Assembly (NCBI GenBank): GCA_004431415.1
Contig: QPMI01000157.1
Span: forward strand, 62,001 to 126,000
From: Cyanophora paradoxa CCMP329
Taxonomy: Eukaryota; Plantae; Glaucophyta
Direction of reading: 5' to 3'
Length of the DNA: 64,000 bases
Every line of letters starts with the position of its first letter. Position 1 is the first letter of the stretch. Shown here one piece after another: positions 58,185-64,000 of this stretch. The notes below the pieces were generated by a model. That model saw only the letters and a list, made by a program, of their open reading frames with translations. It had not been told where the DNA came from and made no database searches. The translations under genes were made by a program, and so were the position numbers.

Positions 58185-61100
58185 ATGCCCCGCCCCAGCC
58201 ACTACCAAATTAAGGAGCTCCAGGACAAGATTCTCGGGAATCTGGCGTTCTTACTGGCCAATCACTCCATCAGTGAAAGTGAATATGAATCTTATATTAA
58301 ACAGACCAACAAGAAGCTCAAGGGGCTTCAAGCTCTCAATCGAGAGCTATTAGGGAAAATCGAGACCCTTGATGAGACTGATCGCCTTGGCCAAATCCAA
58401 GTCGAACAAACTACCACAACTCAAGTCAGAGGAGATGAATACACTACCTTAATAAATGAACATCGTGCTCTTAATAATAAATACATTGATTTTACCATCA
58501 GGGCTCACCACCAGATCCTGACCACTCAAGAGTTTATAGACACCTACTCTGAGGAACTCCACACAAGGCTCCAAGATGCCATCAATTCACAGATGTCGAT
58601 TAAAACTCGCTTTACGTTTGTCTGTCGCTTTTCAAAAGCAAACAATTCGAGAGACTTTATTACCAAGCACATTTACAGCACCTATGCTATCATGACAAGA
58701 TCTCGAACCCTCACTAAAGAAACTGCGAAATTGGCTAAGGAATGCCAGTCGCAAATTAATGTCACAGACAGCTATAAACTCCAAAGCATTGAGGCTTTGA
58801 GAGTGATTGTTCTGTCCTTTAAACCCATCTCAGGAGGTGCTTTTATCCCACTCCCAGAGTGGCTCAAAAATAAACGAGCCATTGTCAATGTTAATAACAA
58901 GGACAATAGATGCTTTGAGTATGCTATCCTTTCTTATATTCACAAGGACGAAGTAAATAGCCACAAGCGCAATGAGACTTCCCAATACAGGAGGTGGTTC
59001 AAAAAAGAACTAAATTTCGAGGGCATTGAGTTTCCTGTAAAGGCAGATGCTGATACTATTGATCTCTTTGAAAATCTCAATCCAGCAATCTCTGTTAATA
59101 TTTACGACCCCTCTAACTCTACAGAAGAAATTAATCTACTCCACAACAGCTCCTCAAGGAACAGGAAACACCAAGTGGATCTGCTGCTAATTACAGACGA
59201 AAATGGTAACAGTCATTATACCACAATATTCAGCATGTCCAGAGTCTTAGCTAAAAATGATAAGCAGCGACTCCATTTCTGTAAAACCTGTTCCAACCAC
59301 TTCAAGACTGAGGAGAAGCTTCAATCCCACATTCAAAGCAAACGTTGTGTGGATTGGAAGACAAGTGCTGGAGAGACCCCAAAACAACCCACATTCATTG
59401 AATTTGGTCTTAAACATCTCTCAAAGACTGTATTCCTCCCCGTGATTGCCTATTGCTATTTCGATTATGAAACAGATATTTCTGGTATGTTCAAGATCAA
59501 ATCAATCTCACTGACAGCTCTTCATAATAATAGAGTAGTACTCACTAAAACCCACTCCAACATCTTTGAGCTCCTGAGTACCCTCGACAGCACAGCCCCA
59601 GAGCTATTCAAAGCCCTATTTACCAACATCCCAATGTCACTGACCAAAGAGCAGAAACGTACCCATTACCTTGCTAAAACCTGCTACATCTGTGAGGGTA
59701 CGTTTTCCCAAGACAACTATAAAGTGAGGGATCACGACCACCAAACTGGCGATTTTGTAGGCACAGCATGTCGCAAATGTAATCTCCACAGACGCACCAG
59801 CAATCTCACCAAGATTCCCATAGTGACCAATGATCTGTCCCTATCTGGAACGCAGATATTCAAGGCAGTCGCCTTAAATCCCGAAAAAAGGGTGGAAGTC
59901 CTCGCAAAATCGTTTGACAGCTACATGTCGATCACCTGGGGCTGTTTCAAATTCATTGACATCAAAAACTTTATTGATTATGGCGTCCAGAACGTGGAAG
60001 GATTAATGGAAAAGTTCCAGCTTTTCCGCCAGAAATCACACAAAACTTTTGGGATGGATGCTGCCCACTATGTCTCAAGTCCGGGGCTTTCGTGGGACAG
60101 CATGCTATCTATTACCAAGCCTAAAATCGAGCTTCTTTCCAACCTTGATATGTACAACATGGTTGAAGGCATGATCAGGGGAGGCCTTTCGATTATGAAT
60201 CATAAATATGCCAAAAAGGAAAGGGACAGCCACATTATATATTTGGATGCCAATAACCTATATGGATATGCCTATCCCAAAAGCTACCCTCTCGAATTTC
60301 CAATGGCACCCAGAACCCTCAAATTACGACCTGTCATCAGCAGAGGGGCCATCTTAGAAGTTGACATCCATTATCCCCAGCACCTCCATCAACTCCACAA
60401 AGAGCTACCTCTTGTCATCAAGAGAGCAGAGGATGGACTTCAAGCAGCCTGCGAAGACATTTGTAATTATGTGGTGTCGAAACCTTTGCTCCAATTCATG
60501 GTAGCGCAAGGCTTAAAGGTCACCAAAATCCACAGGGTGCTAACATTTACTCAGGCTGCCTTTATGAAGCCTTACGTCGAATCCAATGCCCAAAACCGCA
60601 AAGCAGCCCCTTCCAAACCCGAAAAGGACTTCTTTAAGATCATGAACAATAGCCTTTTTGGCAAAACCATTGAGAAAGTGAGAGGAAGGTCTAATGTCAA
60701 GATTGCCACCAACGAAAAGCAATTTATGAAATACGCCAGATCGCCCCTACTCAAAGCAGAAACAAGACTAAGCGATTCAGCAGTAGCCTTCGAAATGCTA
60801 CAAAAAGATGTCAAGTTAGATAAGCCCATAGCAATTGGGGCAGTTGTTTTAGATCTTGCCAAGCTGCGCCTATTTGATTATTATTATAACACCATCAAGC
60901 GGAAATGGCCAGACTGTAAACTGCTTTTTACTGATACAGATTCGCTTTGCCTTCAAATAAATTCGAAAACTATAGCAAAAGACCTACAAGACATTGACAC
61001 ACACCCCACAGAGCTTGGAAAGTTCAAAAATGAGTTTGAGGGCAGAACCATTATTGAATATGCTGGGGTAAGGCCGAAATGCTACAGCATTAAAACAGAT

Positions 61101-61214
61101 GATGAGGAAATAAAAAAGCTGGCAGGTGTTTGTAAGGAGACCATTCAAGCAGATCTGTCTTTCCAAGATTATAAAGACCATGTGCTCCACCAAAACCCAA
61201 GCAAATCGAGATGA
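58185..61214 (+). CDS. polB: Protein-primed family B DNA polymerase (Polinton type)
   Basis: YLDANNLYG, KIMNNSLFGK, TDTDS, LGKFK, RPKCY; Zn-finger insert CYIC...DHDH.TG...ACRKCNL; N-terminal IPLPEWL...DNRCF...SHY. Confidence 0.95.
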   Translation: MPRPSHYQIKELQDKILGNLAFLLANHSISESEYESYIKQTNKKLKGLQALNRELLGKIETLDETDRLGQIQVEQTTTTQVRGDEYTTLINEHRALNNKYIDFTIRAHHQILTTQEFIDTYSEELHTRLQDAINSQMSIKTRFTFVCRFSKANNSRDFITKHIYSTYAIMTRSRTLTKETAKLAKECQSQINVTDSYKLQSIEALRVIVLSFKPISGGAFIPLPEWLKNKRAIVNVNNKDNRCFEYAILSYIHKDEVNSHKRNETSQYRRWFKKELNFEGIEFPVKADADTIDLFENLNPAISVNIYDPSNSTEEINLLHNSSSRNRKHQVDLLLITDENGNSHYTTIFSMSRVLAKNDKQRLHFCKTCSNHFKTEEKLQSHIQSKRCVDWKTSAGETPKQPTFIEFGLKHLSKTVFLPVIAYCYFDYETDISGMFKIKSISLTALHNNRVVLTKTHSNIFELLSTLDSTAPELFKALFTNIPMSLTKEQKRTHYLAKTCYICEGTFSQDNYKVRDHDHQTGDFVGTACRKCNLHRRTSNLTKIPIVTNDLSLSGTQIFKAVALNPEKRVEVLAKSFDSYMSITWGCFKFIDIKNFIDYGVQNVEGLMEKFQLFRQKSHKTFGMDAAHYVSSPGLSWDSMLSITKPKIELLSNLDMYNMVEGMIRGGLSIMNHKYAKKERDSHIIYLDANNLYGYAYPKSYPLEFPMAPRTLKLRPVISRGAILEVDIHYPQHLHQLHKELPLVIKRAEDGLQAACEDICNYVVSKPLLQFMVAQGLKVTKIHRVLTFTQAAFMKPYVESNAQNRKAAPSKPEKDFFKIMNNSLFGKTIEKVRGRSNVKIATNEKQFMKYARSPLLKAETRLSDSAVAFEMLQKDVKLDKPIAIGAVVLDLAKLRLFDYYYNTIKRKWPDCKLLFTDTDSLCLQINSKTIAKDLQDIDTHPTELGKFKNEFEGRTIIEYAGVRPKCYSIKTDDEEIKKLAGVCKETIQADLSFQDYKDHVLHQNPSKSR

Positions 61215-61287
61215 CTGTTCAAAAGAAGCTTGATAATGAGACGTTTAATGTGAAGATGTCCAAGATTGCTTTCTAATCCCAATATAG

Positions 61288-62655
61288 ATGTCATCAAAGA
61301 TCACACGCAGACAAACAGAGTACGATGTGAGTATATTGCCAATCCCAATCCCTCAAGAGGAGAGAGGGGGTCGCATTCAGAAAAAGAGTGACCTCAAAGC
61401 TTTAGTTCCTGCGGATATCCCAACTGCCATTGCTGTGCCTCACTTGGATCCCTTAGCAAGGACATTCTATGACACCAAGGTAGGATTTAAAGGCCTTGCT
61501 TCATTGGCCAAAGAGCTTCCAGATGTGCCAAGAAAGACAATCCGTAGATTCTATGATGCCCAAGAAATCAACCAGATAAATAAACCCCTCCCATCTGCCA
61601 AGAAGACTGCCTATATCCCAATAAGACAGCCACTCGACTGCTATGCCATAGACCTAATCTTTTATCCTTCGTACAGCAAACAGAATCAAGGCTACAACAC
61701 GTTCCTCACAGCTGTAGAAAATACCACCAGACTGGGCTTTATAATTCCCATGAGGGGAAAGACAGCAGAAAGCACATTGAACGCATTTAAGGAGCTTGAG
61801 CAACAAGTCCCTCGTCCAATTGTGAAGATACAAAGTGATGCTGGGAGCGAATTCCTGAACAAGGTATTTAAAGACCATTTAGAAACCCAGATGATTGAGC
61901 ACCAAGTTTCGCAGGTTGGAGATCACAATAGCCAAGGCCGAATAGAAGCCTTTAATCGCACAATAAAGAAGCTAATTAACTCGTATTGTATAGCGAATAA
62001 TACTGTAAAGTTTTTCGACAAGCTCCAAGATTTTGCCTACAACTACAATAATACCATCCACTCAGCAACGGGGATGAAACCAGCAGAGACCACAGAGGTA
62101 CATGTTCCTCTAATACTCGCAAAAGAAAACGAGAAATTCATGAAGTCAATTGAATATCTAAAAGACTATCCAGCAGGGAGCCACGTGAGAACTAAAATAG
62201 AGAAGAGCCCATTTGCCAAACAAGGGAATAATTGGAGCCGCGAAATATTCACAATAGAAGGAGTGGAGGGGTTCAAATTCAAATTAAGGGACATTTCTGG
62301 CAAACTAATAGATCGACTTTATGCCCACTATGAATTACAGAAAGTGGAAGCCGTGGAGTTCTTGGAAGCCCCATCAATTAATGTCATTGAAGAGGCAAAG
62401 AAAGAGGCCAGAACAGAGCGACTGTTGGCCAGAGAGGGAATTGAGAGGGCTCCAAACGTGCCAGATAAACCATTATTGGAGGACAGAGCAGGGAAGAAGA
62501 AGAAACAAGGGAGAGAGTTGGAAAGATTGAGGGTGGCAGGGACAGAGAGATTAGCAGGGGGAGCAGAGGCAGTAAGGTGGTATAGAGATTTCTCGAATTC
62601 AAAGGAGACCTATGAAGCTCCAGCAATTTCCACGAGATCAAGGAGGAGGATTTGA
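61288..62655 (+). CDS. Retroviral-like (RVE) DDE integrase
   Basis: IDLI, IQSDAGSEF, IEAFNRTIK, YNNTIHSATGMKP; consistent with the 6-bp TSD. Confidence 0.95.
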   Translation: MSSKITRRQTEYDVSILPIPIPQEERGGRIQKKSDLKALVPADIPTAIAVPHLDPLARTFYDTKVGFKGLASLAKELPDVPRKTIRRFYDAQEINQINKPLPSAKKTAYIPIRQPLDCYAIDLIFYPSYSKQNQGYNTFLTAVENTTRLGFIIPMRGKTAESTLNAFKELEQQVPRPIVKIQSDAGSEFLNKVFKDHLETQMIEHQVSQVGDHNSQGRIEAFNRTIKKLINSYCIANNTVKFFDKLQDFAYNYNNTIHSATGMKPAETTEVHVPLILAKENEKFMKSIEYLKDYPAGSHVRTKIEKSPFAKQGNNWSREIFTIEGVEGFKFKLRDISGKLIDRLYAHYELQKVEAVEFLEAPSINVIEEAKKEARTERLLAREGIERAPNVPDKPLLEDRAGKKKKQGRELERLRVAGTERLAGGAEAVRWYRDFSNSKETYEAPAISTRSRRRI

Positions 62656-62664
62656 GCAGAGAGG

Positions 62665-62940
62665 AGGATGGGGGGATGGGGGGATGGGAAACCCATCCCC
62701 TTGTACTCGAATAGAAAATTTCAAAAAACAAAAACAAAATTTGTTTTCTGAGAAAAGTCCCATCCCCCTGACTGAGTCCCATCCCCCTCCCATCCCCCTG
62801 ACCAGATATCGTCACAAATCAACCAAATTTCATACATTTTCCCATCCCCCTGCCATCCCCTCTGCCATCCCTCCCATCCCCCTGCCATCCCCTCAAACCA
62901 CCCTTTTACCAGACACTCCCATTCCCCTTCCATCCCCCTG
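62665..62940. repeat. ggatgggg / ccatcccc repeat cluster downstream of the integrase
   Basis: 3 forward copies and about 10 inverted copies around an A/T-rich spacer. Confidence 0.8.
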
Positions 62941-63012
62941 ACTATTCAAGATATCTGTTTAAGAGAAAATGTAAAGAAATGAAAAGATGAATGGCAGTCT
63001 TAATTATGGATA

Positions 63013-63107
63013 GAGGCAGGAGAGGCAGGAGGGTTATATGTAAAATCCCACACAAGAGGGGATTCCTTAGGAAAGTTTACAAATAACCCTCCTGCCTCTC
63101 CTGCCTA
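63013..63107. repeat. Right subterminal inverted 9-mer array around a homologous AT-rich core
   Basis: aggcaggag x2 ... ctcctgcct x2. Confidence 0.88.
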
Positions 63108-63154
63108 ATTGGTGCCGAATCCAAGCTTCTAATACCCCAGAGGCGGCCAACATA

Positions 63155-63303
63155 CTGGTGCCAAAAAGACATGATTAATACCCTAAGACCTGAAATAAAT
63201 GCTTACTACCCTAGTACCTGAAACGCGCACACATAGGGATACCCCTGATCCAAGCCTGTAGGCCGAAGGCCGGAGGGCTTGGATCAGGGGTATCCCTATG
63301 TGT
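63155..63303 (-). repeat. Right terminal inverted repeat with terminal hairpin (63229-63303)
   Basis: Arms 63229-63256 and 63276-63303 are perfectly complementary. Confidence 0.95.
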
Positions 63304-63309
63304 TACGGC

Positions 63310-64000
63310 CTGAAGCTCATGACCCTGAGCGAGAGTCAGTGCCAGGAACTTGATCGCATTTGGATGCGGGTCGTCAAGCACCACGGGAACCTCGCCGCCT
63401 CGACGACGAATTACGCGATCTGGAGCCACGGGGGGTACAGCCTCAAACGAACAGCCCACCTGCAAGCGGAGGCGCAAATCACAGAGGCTCAGATCCGGCT
63501 CTGCGCGCCAGAGGGCTCGCTGCTGGCCCGGGTTGTACGGCACCGGGTGCGCGCGCTGCAGGAGAAGCTTGGGGTGCCTCTGCTCCCGACCGAGTTCCTA
63601 AACGCGCCCGTCTCCAGCGACCTCGCCCGCAGAAACGCCCTGGCGGCGATCATGCCGCAGATGCAGCGCCGTAAGTACCGGCTGATGTCGAATCACGCGC
63701 GCTACGCGGCGTTCCGCACCTTGCCCGGGGCGAAGCCTTGGCCTGACCCGGAGCGCCTCGACCGGCGCTACGTCGTGGCAATGCACATCCCAAGAGCCGT
63801 CTTCAGCGTTGCAGCCCCTGCCCTGTACGGGGCGGGCGTGACGACCATGGACGCGGTGACAGCAGCGGACGGCGAGACCTTGCGAACCTGGCAGGACCTG
63901 TACATGGGTGCGCCCAAGGGGACGCTGCAGAAGAGCGAGCCTGCGTGGTGGCGTGAGGTGGCGAACGCGATCACGGTTGACGGGAAGAAGCTGCGGCACC
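63310..64000 (+). CDS. LINE ORF2, 3' continuation (partial)
   Basis: Removing the virus and one TSD reads ...QARISYG|LKLMTLSESQCQELDRIWMRVVKHHGNL..., open to the window end. Confidence 0.92.
   Translation, partial: MKLMTLSESQCQELDRIWMRVVKHHGNLAASTTNYAIWSHGGYSLKRTAHLQAEAQITEAQIRLCAPEGSLLARVVRHRVRALQEKLGVPLLPTEFLNAPVSSDLARRNALAAIMPQMQRRKYRLMSNHARYAAFRTLPGAKPWPDPERLDRRYVVAMHIPRAVFSVAAPALYGAGVTTMDAVTAADGETLRTWQDLYMGAPKGTLQKSEPAWWREVANAITVDGKKLRH

Larger units (their letters stand above)
32996..63303. mobile_element. Complete Polinton/Maverick-like endogenous virus, 30.3 kb
   Basis: TSD TACGGC at 32990-32995 and 63304-63309; TIRs; abrupt drop in GC; intronless pPolB, RVE integrase, A32 ATPase and capsid genes. 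Confidence 0.97.
25585..64000 (+). mobile_element. Non-LTR retrotransposon (APE-type LINE), interrupted at 32996-63303 and continuing past the window end
   Basis: Sharp 5' junction in a host exon; ORF1 followed by APE+RT ORF2, which resumes in frame after the virus. Confidence 0.93.

Noticed and set aside
1-64000. Functional link between the TIR array and the adjacent virus
   Set aside because: The virus sits in a LINE that sits in the array; proximity alone is not evidence of interaction.

Overview
Eukaryotic, GC-rich, intron-dense (protist/alga-like) DNA with nested layers. (1) 1-25584: about 3.7 tandem copies of a ~6.9-kb unit. Each holds a very GC-rich low-complexity spliced gene, a small Helentron/HINE-like element and a multi-exon gene encoding RCC1 repeats + SAM + a SARM1-like TIR domain with the catalytic Glu conserved. 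Copies alternate between two sequence types (ABAB). (2) From 25585: an APE/RT non-LTR retrotransposon inserted in an exon of copy 4; its ORF1 appears to contain spliceosomal introns. (3) 32996-63303: a complete 30.3-kb AT-rich Polinton-like endogenous virus inside the LINE ORF2 (6-bp TSD TACGGC; ORF2 resumes in frame at 63310). It encodes MCP, two minor-capsid paralogues, A32 ATPase, a giant fibre-like protein, patatin lipase, AdoMet decarboxylase, TVpol-SF3 helicase, HNH-AP2, pPolB and an RVE integrase. Both ends are perfect 28-bp hairpins with compensatory differences and GAA mini-loops. (4) ~50950-54100: further repetitive insertions inside the virus. Many frameshifts sit in homopolymers and look like long-read errors. 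All homology calls are by motif recognition from memory, not database searches.
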